A stretch of 64,000 nucleotides of DNA from the NCBI GenBank assembly GCA_044356325.1, contig JBIKWJ010000001.1:56305-120304 (forward strand), read 5' to 3'. A program made the translations under genes and the position numbers. The number at the start of each line of letters is the position of its first letter. Positions within the stretch are counted from its first letter, which is position 1. The notes beneath the pieces are model-generated. The model saw only the letters and a list, made by a program, of their open reading frames with translations, was not told the DNA's origin and ran no database searches. This document shows positions 40,923 to 51,366 of this stretch, piece by piece. The DNA comes from Minisyncoccia bacterium (lineage in GTDB: Bacteria; Patescibacteriota; Minisyncoccia; SW-4-49-11).

Positions 40923-42065
40923 TTACAAAGTTGTCTTTTGTAACAAATCAATAAGCCTAGTATTAAGCTCTTTGCCAGCTGTATGTATATCCTTGTCTGA
41001 GGCATAACTATATACCAAGACTCCTTCATCATATTCACCATCCAAATCTGAAAGAAAATGAGCCATATCAAGTTTAGGGAAATCTAGATACCCTTGTTTG
41101 GTACTATTCCCATTATCAAGGAGAATATGAAGTCCCAAATTATCACTCGGTAAATAAGATAGTATTGTTCGGTATATCAGAGGTATATCCTTAGCCTTAG
41201 TATGAGTTTTAGAAAAATCATGGGGAAAAAGCTTAGAATACGCGTAGCGATGTTTTACTCCCTGAATAGTGATTTCCATCCACTCTAAATGAGCTAGAAT
41301 ACGGCCAATAAGTAATCTCTGACTATCTGTAATAAGACTATTAAGAGCATTATCAATAGCGGTATAATTAGCTCCTAATTCTCTCATCTCAATAATTGCT
41401 TTATCTACTGCTAATGTACGAGATGATAATAATAAAGAGAATAACAGGGCATTACAAATATTTTCATTCCAAGCATTGGGATAATACGTTTTAATATAGT
41501 CAATAATAATCTCAGCATTAGAATTATAGGCTGAATTATATATTGTTTTTTCAGAATAAGGATGCTTTATATCAAAAGCTGATATAGCAAGAGAAGGTGT
41601 ATCAATCAATATATGGGGATAATCTGTAAAATATTGCCCTAATTGAGTCCAGTTTTGTGTATCTAATGTTACTACCAAATCATAAGAATATTTGCCAGGA
41701 GTAATAGTAACTAATTCTGATTGGAATTTTTCTGAAGGTGAATTGAGATAAATTCTAATCTCAGAATCCGTTCTATCATATTTGAGAGATTCAATAGGAT
41801 ATTTGGTAGTATCAATAGAAATTACTGACTCTACAGAACCTTGTAATATTGAGGTTATCATACTAGTATCAATCATAGTCAATACTTGCTGTATATGAGT
41901 ATATGAGGATATAATACTCACTTGTTTTCCCTCAGATTGTAATAAAGAAGCTAAGGCTAGGGCTGAGCCCAATATATGTATTCCATGAATTTCTGGAATC
42001 GGAATTACAATTGACTGAGCATTTTGTAATGTCTCATGCATTAATGTCAAATCTGATACAGCCAT
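40923..42065 (-). CDS. Degenerate DHH-family (NrnA-like) protein
   Basis: LGSALAL, DLVVTLD and SNAEII scaffold present, but no DGD or DHH. Confidence 0.65.
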   Translation of the reverse strand: MAVSDLTLMHETLQNAQSIVIPIPEIHGIHILGSALALASLLQSEGKQVSIISSYTHIQQVLTMIDTSMITSILQGSVESVISIDTTKYPIESLKYDRTDSEIRIYLNSPSEKFQSELVTITPGKYSYDLVVTLDTQNWTQLGQYFTDYPHILIDTPSLAISAFDIKHPYSEKTIYNSAYNSNAEIIIDYIKTYYPNAWNENICNALLFSLLLSSRTLAVDKAIIEMRELGANYTAIDNALNSLITDSQRLLIGRILAHLEWMEITIQGVKHRYAYSKLFPHDFSKTHTKAKDIPLIYRTILSYLPSDNLGLHILLDNGNSTKQGYLDFPKLDMAHFLSDLDGEYDEGVLVYSYASDKDIHTAGKELNTRLIDLLQKTTL

Positions 42066-42125
42066 ATAATATCCCTATATAAAGACTTATTATACCAAAA
42101 TACTTATATATAGTCAAAAATATTT

Positions 42126-42416
42126 GTGAGATGGGGAGATAGTAGACCAAACAGATTACTATACATTGCTAGCCTAAGGACCCTAGCTTGTCACAAAAAT
42201 TGTCCTCCTTTGCCTGCCTGCGGTAGGCAGGGAGGAGGTGGCCGTCAGGCCGGAGGTGGATAGAGTTCAAGTTTGTATATTATCCACCCCCGCCTTTCAG
42301 ACTCCCCCCTCCAAAGGGGGATAAAAGTAATAATTCTTTTGTTACGACAACATATGCTACCTTAAGGTCGCCCCTACACAAATCTCATTTTGTCTATGAT
42401 GTATCTCATCTTATTC
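42126..42416. repeat. MITE-like composite element C
   Basis: Colinear and highly similar to 57710-58002; imperfect terminal inverted repeats. Confidence 0.85.
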
Positions 42417-42427
42417 AAGACAATCTC

Positions 42428-42745
42428 CTAAGCTTGCCTTAATAAATCTCTTATTCCCTGTATAAATTCAGATAATTCTTTATCTAAATTTACATTTTGT
42501 ATAGTGTTCTCTGAATCCAATGCAATTTGTATTATGGATTGATTATTAATAGTAATATATATATATCGTTCTCTTACAAATAATGCCCGAGGATATGATA
42601 TCAGAACAGGAATATAATTGTTTTCTGTATTTACAAAATTAATGATAAAAGATCCATATTGCAATAATTCTTGTGCAATAAATTCATAGCTATCTATATG
42701 ATTATAGGCTTCTCCATAATGTGGTGAGAGATTTGCTGAATTCAT
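42428..42745 (-). CDS. Hypothetical protein
   Basis: 105-aa ORF, last of a 3-gene run. Confidence 0.6.
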   Translation of the reverse strand: MNSANLSPHYGEAYNHIDSYEFIAQELLQYGSFIINFVNTENNYIPVLISYPRALFVRERYIYITINNQSIIQIALDSENTIQNVNLDKELSEFIQGIRDLLRQA

Positions 42746-42748
42746 AGT

Positions 42749-43372
42749 TTAGAATTTACTAATAAGGAAATAATATAAGGCTGGTTGATAGTTTTCCGCC
42801 CATTTACGAGCTTGAGATTCACCATCACTATCCGCGGGAAAACAATTCCCCATCAAGCGATAGCAATAATCTTGTAAACTTTTGCTATAGGTATATAAAA
42901 CAGGTATTGCAGATTGTTGAAATAATGGCATTGCATAATAACGGTCCCCTATTTTGATATTATGAATAAAAGGAGTTTTGATGGCAAGTAAAATCATTTT
43001 AATAATTCTTGTTGCCATACCTACATCTCGAGTTTTGGTTTTACCCATAAAATAATTCCCATTTTGTAGTAATTTTTCTTCTCCGTTAGAATGGGCATAA
43101 CTCCGAATATTGGGCTCAATTCTAGAGTCCATATAGGCATAATGATCTAACATTGAAGGCTGAGTATATTCATTCTCTTCATGGGGAGGTAATAATTCAA
43201 ACACTTCTGTATGTTTTTTGACTACAGAAGCTGGAATTTGAACCATTCCATATGGCTTAACTTTTACATAAGAATCCAAATCTCGCATATATTCAATAAT
43301 ATCTCCACGGCGTAAATATGTCATGGTATGAATATATTCGAAATCTTGATTGAGTTTATACCTATCAGCCAT
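42749..43372 (-). CDS. Hypothetical protein
   Basis: 207-aa ORF, tightly coupled to neighbours. Confidence 0.65.
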   Translation of the reverse strand: MADRYKLNQDFEYIHTMTYLRRGDIIEYMRDLDSYVKVKPYGMVQIPASVVKKHTEVFELLPPHEENEYTQPSMLDHYAYMDSRIEPNIRSYAHSNGEEKLLQNGNYFMGKTKTRDVGMATRIIKMILLAIKTPFIHNIKIGDRYYAMPLFQQSAIPVLYTYSKSLQDYCYRLMGNCFPADSDGESQARKWAENYQPALYYFLISKF

Positions 43373-43373
43373 A

Positions 43374-43592
43374 TTATGTTAACAAAAGTATAACTTGAGT
43401 AAGTACAAGAGATGCCCCAATACTCCATATACCCATCACAATAAAAGAAAAACTTCTCAGCTCACCTTTTTCATTTGGAGACATTTGTTGAATAAATCCA
43501 GTACTTACCAATACAAACATAGTAGCTATCGTACTGGTAACTGCTATTGATATCAGGGACAATGCCCATACTTGTATAAATTCTGTCGCCAT
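43374..43592 (-). CDS. Small 2-TM hypothetical protein
   Basis: 72-aa ORF with TTGACA upstream at about 43677. Confidence 0.55.
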   Translation of the reverse strand: MATEFIQVWALSLISIAVTSTIATMFVLVSTGFIQQMSPNEKGELRSFSFIVMGIWSIGASLVLTQVILLLT

Positions 43593-43760
43593 AGTCTCAA
43601 GAGCTGATTATTAAGCGTCCTCCTGCCATATGGCTTTGAGAACTATTAAATATATCATATCCATATTATTTTGTCAATAGAAAATTACAAGTAAAATGAC
43701 AAAAGTTGTCAAATAAAAAAGATGTTGTATGGTACAACATCTTCAAAGGTGAGCAGAGAT

Positions 43761-44006
43761 TTAGGCAGCTTGCATTTCTTCAGATGGAATACAAACTTCC
43801 TCGATATTCTTAATAATATTTTCATTGTCAAAGTCTCTAGGGCTAAATAACGTATAAACCTTATTTCTCAAAGAGTCCCTAGATAAAATCTGAGGAAGAG
43901 GGAAATGCCTATTAATAACATCGTGAATATCTGTATCTCATAATATTTTTTTAGTATTGAAATGAGCGATAATTTCTTCTGAACTAGGGATTTTGAGTAG
44001 TGTCAT
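43761..44006 (-). pseudogene. 82-codon ORF interrupted by one in-frame TGA (codon 23)
   Basis: MTLLKIPSSEEIIAHFNTKKIL*DTDIHDVINRHF...EEMQAA-TAA; consensus promoter at 44032-44060; terminator at 43715-43743. Confidence 0.55.
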
Positions 44007-44031
44007 TTGAATTAATGAGTACCACATCAAA

Positions 44032-44060
44032 ATTATATCTATACAGTATATATTTGTCAA
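44032..44060 (-). promoter_or_regulatory. Consensus sigma-70 promoter
   Basis: TTGACA-17nt-TATAAT. Confidence 0.7.
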
Positions 44061-44087
44061 TAGACTACATCTATTTATTATTAAAAG

Positions 44088-44118
44088 AAAAATCGGCTCC
44101 CGGAGAAGCCGATTTTTT
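44088..44118. terminator. Rho-independent terminator
   Basis: AAAAATCGGCT-loop-AGCCGATTTTTT. Confidence 0.75.
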
Positions 44119-44135
44119 AATAGTATAAATAAGGA

Positions 44136-44339
44136 TTAATCCTCTGGAACAAGTTGTAATATTCTTTCCAAAATGAGATCTACCTGATCAGGAAACTGGG
44201 TTTTTAGTTGATCTGATAGCCTAGAAACAGACAACTGTAACCCAGCATATTCAAGGAGATGATTCAGATCTTTAGACTCAAGAAAACCGAAATTCGTCCA
44301 CAGGATCTCTTCAGAAGGAACAATGATCTTGTTATCCAT
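44136..44339 (-). CDS. Small hypothetical protein
   Basis: 67-aa ORF followed by a terminator. Confidence 0.5.
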   Translation of the reverse strand: MDNKIIVPSEEILWTNFGFLESKDLNHLLEYAGLQLSVSRLSDQLKTQFPDQVDLILERILQLVPED

Positions 44340-44390
44340 TAAAAATCAGGCAATACAACTCTAATATATTATGTATAAAACTGTATTTTG

Positions 44391-45311
44391 TCAAGCTTTT
44401 TTATACCAAGCTCTATATATAATTACCAGTAATGGGGAGGCGATGAATATAGATGAATAGGCTCCAAAGAAAGTCCCGAGGAATAAAGCTAAAGCAAAAT
44501 ATTTGACTGTTGCTCCTCCAAAAAAGAATATAGCTCCCAATACTACCAATAATGATACCGAGGTATTAATGGATCTTGTAAAGGTTTGATCTATACTTTT
44601 ACCTACTGTCTCTTCAAAATTATCTCCTCCATAGCGCCGAATATTTTCTCGAATTCTATCAAAAACAACAATAGTATCATTAATGGAAGATCCTAATATT
44701 GATAATAAAGCGATCACAAATAATACATCAATTTGTAATATTCCACGATAGGAAAGATAGGCAAATACTCCTGTTGGTATTGCAATATCATGAATAAGAG
44801 CAATAATAGCGGTAAGTCCATAATAGCGAGAAGGCACTGGATAGGAAACCCCACGGAATACATAGGTTATAAAAATAATAATCGCAACTAATACAATAGC
44901 AATAGCAATTAAAGCTCGGTTTTTTAGCTCTGATCCAATACTAGAACTAATCAGAGAATTAGATTGTTCTTTTATAATATCAGCTTTTGCAATTTCTTCA
45001 GTATCATATTTTAGTGCAATATCTTGCTTTAATGTAGTATATTGCTCATCATTAATAGGTTCTAATTCAATACGAAATACTGCATTGTCTTGTTTTGTCA
45101 CAATTCTGGGTTTTTGTCCTTTTTCGCTAAGAGCTTTTGTTAATTCCTCAGTTGATAAATTAGGTTGACTCGTAATTTTCCATTCTACTGTTCTCCCTCC
45201 AATAAAATCAGGTCCTAGCCTCAGACCAAATACTACAAGACTAATAATAGAGGCAATTATTAATACCAATCCTATTATTAACCATATTCTTGTATGTCGT
45301 ATAATCCACAT
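44391..45311 (-). CDS. secF: Protein translocase subunit SecF
   Basis: LGPDFIGG, INDTIVVFDRIREN, RSINTS and YSSIFIA motifs. Start moved to MWII. Confidence 0.95.
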   Translation of the reverse strand: MWIIRHTRIWLIIGLVLIIASIISLVVFGLRLGPDFIGGRTVEWKITSQPNLSTEELTKALSEKGQKPRIVTKQDNAVFRIELEPINDEQYTTLKQDIALKYDTEEIAKADIIKEQSNSLISSSIGSELKNRALIAIAIVLVAIIIFITYVFRGVSYPVPSRYYGLTAIIALIHDIAIPTGVFAYLSYRGILQIDVLFVIALLSILGSSINDTIVVFDRIRENIRRYGGDNFEETVGKSIDQTFTRSINTSVSLLVVLGAIFFFGGATVKYFALALFLGTFFGAYSSIFIASPLLVIIYRAWYKKA

Positions 45312-45313
45312 AA

Positions 45314-46864
45314 TTATTTCTGTAAGGTAATAAAGCGACCAAATTTTGTCTTTAATAACCATTCTTGATATCCAAGTAAAATGATTAATAGCCTACTGAC
45401 GGTAATAGCGGTAAACAAGCTAACACCTATTCCAATAGTAAGTGTTACTCCAAATCCTCTCACTACTCCAGAAGCTAAATAAAACAAGATAAGAGCAGAT
45501 ATTAAGGTAGATATATGAGAATCTCGAATTGATTCCCAAGCTCGCTTAAATCCTTCTTTTGCGCTTGCCTCAAAATCCCTCCCATTAGCAAGTTCCTCCT
45601 TCATACGCTCGAATATCAAAATATTACCGTCCACTGCAATTCCAATACTTACAATAAATCCGGTAATTCCTGCTATTGTCAAAGTAAATCCTAGTATATT
45701 AAATATAGCGAGCACCAATATTGCATATACTCCTAAAGCAATTACTGCAATCAACCCCAAACCTCGATAAAAGAGTATCATAAAAATAGCAACAAATAAT
45801 AATCCAAATCCTCCAGCTCGAATACTTTGATATAATGATTCAGTACCGAGGCTTGCTTGTATAATTTGTTGTGAAGCAATGGTAATTGGTACAGGCAAGG
45901 CTCCTGAATTCAAATAATCAACCAATTCCTTAGCACCTTGAGCAGTAAAGTCTCCAGATATTGTTGCCTGTCCATTAGGTATTTCTTGATTAATTCGAGG
46001 AGCACTCACAACTTGACCATCTAGGACAATATAAAGAATTTTTCCAATATTATCTCGGGTAAATTCAGCAAATTTTTTCTTCCCCTCATCATCAAATTTA
46101 ATACCTACTTGTGGCTGCGCAGTTTGTGGATCAAAAATAACTTGAGCATTATCAAGATTTTGTCCTGTTAATACTGGAGATCCGATAAAATCAAGATTTG
46201 CTAGATTTTCTAGATTTTCTAGATTACCGCTTTGTATCTGCTCTATAATTTTTTGCCTTTCTTCTGGGGGTCTTACTTTATCAAAAAACTCTAAAGTTGG
46301 AGTTTGTCCAATTTGCTTAATTGCTTGCTCTGGATCTTTAATCCCCGCAAGCTCTACTACTAATCGAGTTGTGTCCCCTTGCTCTAAATAAATATGAGGC
46401 TCACTAACTCCAAAAGAATCTACTCTTTGGGTTACAACTTTTTGTAAACTCTCCAAGGCTTGTTTTTGATCAGGCCCTGCTATCCCTTTTAAATCAACAT
46501 CATATACCACTCTTACTCCCCCCTGTAAGTCGAGACCTAATATAAAGGTATTATTTGGTAATGGTGGAATATCTCTTTGAGATAGCCATTGATCAAATCC
46601 TCGAGACTTAAATGGTAAGTTTCCCCATTGAGATAAATTGTCTGAACCTCTATTAATCCCATCAATAAGCTTATTAATTGGCTGTGGATAAATATAAAAT
46701 AATGCAAATAATGTTAGTACAAGAACTCCAATTGATTGTCTTATGATATTTCCTTTTTTGGTTTTCCCTTTAATACAATACCAAATAAATAGTCCTATTT
46801 TATCAAATGGATACCAAATTATTTTCAATATATTTCCCGGTAATCGTTTCAGCCAATTCAGCAT
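45314..46864 (-). CDS. secD: Protein translocase subunit SecD
   Basis: LGLDLQGG, GVSEP, SGALP and AVDGNILIFER motifs. Confidence 0.96.
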   Translation of the reverse strand: MLNWLKRLPGNILKIIWYPFDKIGLFIWYCIKGKTKKGNIIRQSIGVLVLTLFALFYIYPQPINKLIDGINRGSDNLSQWGNLPFKSRGFDQWLSQRDIPPLPNNTFILGLDLQGGVRVVYDVDLKGIAGPDQKQALESLQKVVTQRVDSFGVSEPHIYLEQGDTTRLVVELAGIKDPEQAIKQIGQTPTLEFFDKVRPPEERQKIIEQIQSGNLENLENLANLDFIGSPVLTGQNLDNAQVIFDPQTAQPQVGIKFDDEGKKKFAEFTRDNIGKILYIVLDGQVVSAPRINQEIPNGQATISGDFTAQGAKELVDYLNSGALPVPITIASQQIIQASLGTESLYQSIRAGGFGLLFVAIFMILFYRGLGLIAVIALGVYAILVLAIFNILGFTLTIAGITGFIVSIGIAVDGNILIFERMKEELANGRDFEASAKEGFKRAWESIRDSHISTLISALILFYLASGVVRGFGVTLTIGIGVSLFTAITVSRLLIILLGYQEWLLKTKFGRFITLQK

Positions 46865-46888
46865 AGTAATATCAATTTTTATAGGGAT

Positions 46889-47167
46889 TTATGCACCCAT
46901 ACCCATTTCTGCAGCTACTTCTTTTTGTAAATCTTTTTTTGCTAATTCAATAACCTCAACAATAGTTTTTTCTAATTTTGACTTATCTTGTAATAATTCA
47001 TCACTAATTTTTAATTCTTTAATTGCTTGTGTTCCATCAAGAGTAATAGTAATTCCTTTTTCTTCTTTAGTAATTCTCTTTTTTGCTAATTTCTTTTGTA
47101 ATTTTTGCATTTCTGAGAATTGAGAGAACATTTCTTTTGCTTGATTGAAACCATCGAACATACCCAT
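46889..47167 (-). CDS. YbaB/EbfC nucleoid-associated protein
   Basis: Size and QKLQKKLA...ITITLDG pattern. Confidence 0.75.
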   Translation of the reverse strand: MGMFDGFNQAKEMFSQFSEMQKLQKKLAKKRITKEEKGITITLDGTQAIKELKISDELLQDKSKLEKTIVEVIELAKKDLQKEVAAEMGMGA

Positions 47168-47230
47168 ATTGATATATTTTAAATCTTATTATAATATCTA
47201 GTATATCAGATAATTAAATATTTGAGAATA

Positions 47231-48361
47231 CTATTGTTCTAATAATAGTTTTTTATACAAATCATAGGTTTGACTTGCCATTTTCTCCCAAGTAAACATT
47301 TTCGCGCGCTCTAGCCCCTTATCTTTATATTCTTTTGAGAATAAAGGATTATGTACAAAAAATGTAATCGCCTTAGTTATTGCCTCAATATCATAGGGCC
47401 CAACTAAAACCCCGGCATCTCCTACAATTTCTGGAAGACAAGATGTATTGGAACTAATCACGGGAGTATTCAAACTCATAGCTTCAATAATAGGTATTCC
47501 AAACCCTTCATAAAGACTTAAGAATATAAAAGCTTTTGCTTGTTTTAATAAAATAATTTTCTCATCATTGGTAATAAATCCAACAAAAATAACTTTGTCT
47601 GCAATTTCATATTCTGCTATTACAGCATCAATTTGAGTATCATAATTATATCCTTTACCTCCTGCAATGACAAAATACAAATTACTCTCAGGATGAGTTG
47701 TGAGATACTCGGCAAAAGCTTTGAGAGCTGTTGGGATATTTTTACGTGGCTGCAAACTCCCAAGATACAAAATATAATCTTGTTTTAAGGCTTCTCTTAC
47801 CCCTGAGGAAGTATTAATAACCGGTGGAATACTTTGAATATTCCCTCCATTATAAATACTTACTATTTTACTTGCATCTGTTCCAAAAATATTCTGAATT
47901 GCATAGCGAGAATGTTGAGAAACAGTAATAATAGCATCAGCTTTTTTGATTGAAGGAGGAATGAGTATATTCAATAATAAACTATCCTTGAACTGAATAT
48001 GTTCAGGTACAAATTTCCAAGAAATATCATGAATTGTACTAATTAACTTGGTATATTTAGGTAAAAAGAATAATGGGGCAATATATTGTATATGTAATAA
48101 ATCAATATGATATTTTTCACAAGCTTTAGGTAGTAAATATTCTGTCCATAATAATTTCGATTTAGGGAGTAATGGAATAACTTTCCAATTTGATGATAAA
48201 TTTCGTAAATTCCCTACTTGATACCAATCCTCCGTATCAGTGAATAAATAAAAATTATGCCCTGTATCTAATTTCATTAATCCTTTAATCAGCTCAAGAG
48301 TATACACCTCATCTCCCGTTCTATTTTTACCAATTGCCCGTATGTCTATCGCGATATTCAT
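47231..48361 (-). CDS. GT4 glycosyltransferase
   Basis: GSLQPRKN and YEGFGIPIIEAM motifs. Confidence 0.92.
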   Translation of the reverse strand: MNIAIDIRAIGKNRTGDEVYTLELIKGLMKLDTGHNFYLFTDTEDWYQVGNLRNLSSNWKVIPLLPKSKLLWTEYLLPKACEKYHIDLLHIQYIAPLFFLPKYTKLISTIHDISWKFVPEHIQFKDSLLLNILIPPSIKKADAIITVSQHSRYAIQNIFGTDASKIVSIYNGGNIQSIPPVINTSSGVREALKQDYILYLGSLQPRKNIPTALKAFAEYLTTHPESNLYFVIAGGKGYNYDTQIDAVIAEYEIADKVIFVGFITNDEKIILLKQAKAFIFLSLYEGFGIPIIEAMSLNTPVISSNTSCLPEIVGDAGVLVGPYDIEAITKAITFFVHNPLFSKEYKDKGLERAKMFTWEKMASQTYDLYKKLLLEQ

Positions 48362-48363
48362 AT

Positions 48364-50226
48364 CTATTCTTTAAAATCTCTATTCTGATAATACCATTCA
48401 TATACTTTTTTAGTAATAGGTATGGTGGTTTGAAAACTTTCATCTCCCTCTTCTACGAGTACAATCATTGAAATTTTAGGATTTTCCACCGGACCATAGG
48501 ACACAAACCAAGAATTATTTTTCTCTTTACCCGTTTGAGCTGTTCCTGTTTTGCCAGCTGTCGTGAAAGGTAATGTTTGTAATGGATATCCTGTTCCATC
48601 AGTAATGGTTTGCCTCATACCTTCTTTTACTATAGCATAGTTTTCGGGAGAGATGGGTATATTTTGTAATAATTCTTTTGTTTTCATATTTTTTTCACCC
48701 CCATCTTCTCCTTTAATACCACTATATATATAGGGCTTATACAAATTTCCTCCATTAGCTACGGCATTAATTCCATTCAAAATTTGTAAGGGGGTTGCTG
48801 ACATACCTCCTTGCCCAATTGATGTATTATATGTGTCTCCCAAAAGCCAAGATTCATTTTTCGCTTGTTTTTTCCAAGCAGGATCAGCCACATTTCCATT
48901 AGATTCTCCAGTTAAATCTATTTGTGTTCGAGAACCAAATCCATAATAACGATAATACTCAGCTAATTTATCGATACCAAGCCCCTTTTGTTTATTGGGA
49001 ACTCCCCCTACAAAAGTATAATAAAATACATTTACAGAATCTGAAATTGACTTATATACATTAGTAATACCATGAATTTTCCAGTCTGGATAAATATAAG
49101 GTTTATTTGCATCATAAGGATTTTCTACAATTAATTTTCCTAAGGGGTCATTGATTGTAGTATTCGTATTAACAATACCCTCTTGTAATAAACCTGAAGC
49201 TATTATCGGTTTAATTGTTGAGGCCGGCGCATATTCTCCTCCAATACATCGATTCAATAATGGTTTATCTTTATCCTGAATCAATGCAGTATAGTCTTGC
49301 TGACTAATACCCTTACTAAATAAATTATTATCAAAGCTAGGCAAACTAACCATGGCAAGTACTTCTCCATTTTGTGGGTTCATAATAATACCAGCCCCCC
49401 GTGTTAATTGTTTTTGATTCAGTATTTCTTGTATGGAATCCTGTAAAACTTTTTGTAATTCGCTATCAATAGTCAATTGTATAGACTCTCCATTACGAGG
49501 CGATTTCAAAGGAATATCACTATTGCGTGGGTTTTTGAGTCCATATTCCCCTTTCAAAGGGGCCTCATATACTTTTTCTAATCCTAATTTTCCAATACTA
49601 TCATCCCTTACATAACGAGGATTAGCTTCAATATCAGCCTCAGATAATCTTCCCGTATATCCCATTAAATGAGAAAAATAAAAGGAATCTTTATATGTTC
49701 GGGTACTCGACTGTTTAAGCTCAAATCCAGGATATTTTTCTTGACTTACTTCAAAAGTAATTGCTTGTTCTTGTGTTATATTGTCAATTAACATTATTTC
49801 TTTGTCTGAACTCTCTAAAGCTTTCTCTACCAGTACATTATCGAGAGAAAAGAAAGCCTTCATATCGGCAATAATTTGATTTTTTTTCTCTATATCTGTT
49901 GGTAAAGCCTCTCGGTTTAATATTAAAGAGAATACTACCTGATTATAAGCTAAAATGATCCCATTTCTATCATATATATTCCCTCTTAAGGGTTTAATAT
50001 AACTTTGACTTACAATACGCTCTTGTGTTTTTTGTTGATTAGCTGAAGCTAAAAATTGCAATTGAAAAACTCTTGCCCATAATATACCTATGGCAACCAA
50101 AATAAGAATTGCTAAACCTATTAAATAGCGCGAATTATCGAGCCCCGAAATATACAAAGCAGAATTGCCATCTCGATCAAGATATAAGTCTTCTGGAGTA
50201 ATATCACTATCAATTAAATTCTTCAT
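48364..50226 (-). CDS. mrdA: Penicillin-binding protein 2 (class B)
   Basis: RGNIYDRNG, STIK, SVN and KTGTAQ motifs; follows mreBC. Start moved to MKNLI. Confidence 0.92.
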   Translation of the reverse strand: MKNLIDSDITPEDLYLDRDGNSALYISGLDNSRYLIGLAILILVAIGILWARVFQLQFLASANQQKTQERIVSQSYIKPLRGNIYDRNGIILAYNQVVFSLILNREALPTDIEKKNQIIADMKAFFSLDNVLVEKALESSDKEIMLIDNITQEQAITFEVSQEKYPGFELKQSSTRTYKDSFYFSHLMGYTGRLSEADIEANPRYVRDDSIGKLGLEKVYEAPLKGEYGLKNPRNSDIPLKSPRNGESIQLTIDSELQKVLQDSIQEILNQKQLTRGAGIIMNPQNGEVLAMVSLPSFDNNLFSKGISQQDYTALIQDKDKPLLNRCIGGEYAPASTIKPIIASGLLQEGIVNTNTTINDPLGKLIVENPYDANKPYIYPDWKIHGITNVYKSISDSVNVFYYTFVGGVPNKQKGLGIDKLAEYYRYYGFGSRTQIDLTGESNGNVADPAWKKQAKNESWLLGDTYNTSIGQGGMSATPLQILNGINAVANGGNLYKPYIYSGIKGEDGGEKNMKTKELLQNIPISPENYAIVKEGMRQTITDGTGYPLQTLPFTTAGKTGTAQTGKEKNNSWFVSYGPVENPKISMIVLVEEGDESFQTTIPITKKVYEWYYQNRDFKE

Positions 50227-50638
50227 ATATTTTATATTTATCAGCAATATACAAGAATATCGTAATAGTGACACCATTAATAACTGTATATATAAGTAAA
50301 TTCCAATAATCTTTTGGGATACCGATAATGATCATTTTACTTGTAATTAAAAATACTGTAGCTAATATTCCTTGTACCGCCCAACCTCTATCGAGGAATA
50401 TACTTGCAATATAAACTCCTAATAACCATATTCCATAATACAAAGCATTATGCCACCACAAAGTAATACTGGTTTGTTGCAAGACTAACACAATAATAAT
50501 CAGCCATATCATCACTGTCCAATATTGTTTAGCCAATATATAGATTATTAATGGTCCTAAATATAAAATAGGAACCCATATAAGAGGGACATATATATGT
50601 AAACATAACCCTAATAATATGATAGTTCCAAGGAACAT
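50210..50638 (-). CDS. Membrane protein in the MreD position
   Basis: About 5 transmembrane segments; lies between mreC and mrdA. Confidence 0.55.
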   Translation of the reverse strand: MFLGTIILLGLCLHIYVPLIWVPILYLGPLIIYILAKQYWTVMIWLIIIVLVLQQTSITLWWHNALYYGIWLLGVYIASIFLDRGWAVQGILATVFLITSKMIIIGIPKDYWNLLIYTVINGVTITIFLYIADKYKIYEEFN

Positions 50639-50640
50639 AT

Positions 50641-51366
50641 TTATGTCTTTAGAATAAATACTTCTGTCAATTGATAAAAATTAATAGGATAATCAACAAT
50701 AATGCGATGGAATAAATCACCTTCTGAAATATCTTTAATTTTGCCCGCTAATATTCCTGCGGGTATTGTCTCAGTTGGAGTAGTAATAATATTTTGATCT
50801 TTTACAATAGAATCTAATTTAGGTATAGAATCAACCTCTAAAACATTACCATATTCTGATTTCAAAATTCCTTGAGAGGGGCTATCTTTTTGTATTTGAA
50901 TTGCAATTTTACTATTTGCATCATTTAGGAATTGAATTTTACTGGAAAACTCAGATACTTCTTTCACTTGCCCCACCAAATACCCGAGATAAATAGCTGG
51001 TTGATTTACTCGAACTCCTTCTTTAGATCCCACCGCAACAGTGGCGGAGCTACGAGTAAAATCATTATCAAATGTTACAATTTTCGCCTGTATGGGAGTA
51101 ATTCCTGTATCATTCTTGGTTATAATAGCACTTTTTAATAATTCATTTTCAGATTTTAAATATAATAAACTTGCCACTTCTGATTCAAGAGAAGTAATTT
51201 TTGCTTGTAATTGTTCTGGAGATTCATTGAACTGATTTTGTGCAAAAACAGGTTTAATGAGAGGTAATCTTTGCACAATTTTAGGAATAGAGCCTGTTAA
51301 TACAAGAGCTCCTAGTATTAGGAGTATAATCCCCGCTAATATGAGTGATATAGGCTGTTTTCTCAT
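50641..51366 (-). CDS. mreC: Rod shape-determining protein MreC
   Basis: Transmembrane helix, coiled coil ending ENELLK, GSKEGV and LVGQV motifs. Confidence 0.85.
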   Translation of the reverse strand: MRKQPISLILAGIILLILGALVLTGSIPKIVQRLPLIKPVFAQNQFNESPEQLQAKITSLESEVASLLYLKSENELLKSAIITKNDTGITPIQAKIVTFDNDFTRSSATVAVGSKEGVRVNQPAIYLGYLVGQVKEVSEFSSKIQFLNDANSKIAIQIQKDSPSQGILKSEYGNVLEVDSIPKLDSIVKDQNIITTPTETIPAGILAGKIKDISEGDLFHRIIVDYPINFYQLTEVFILKT

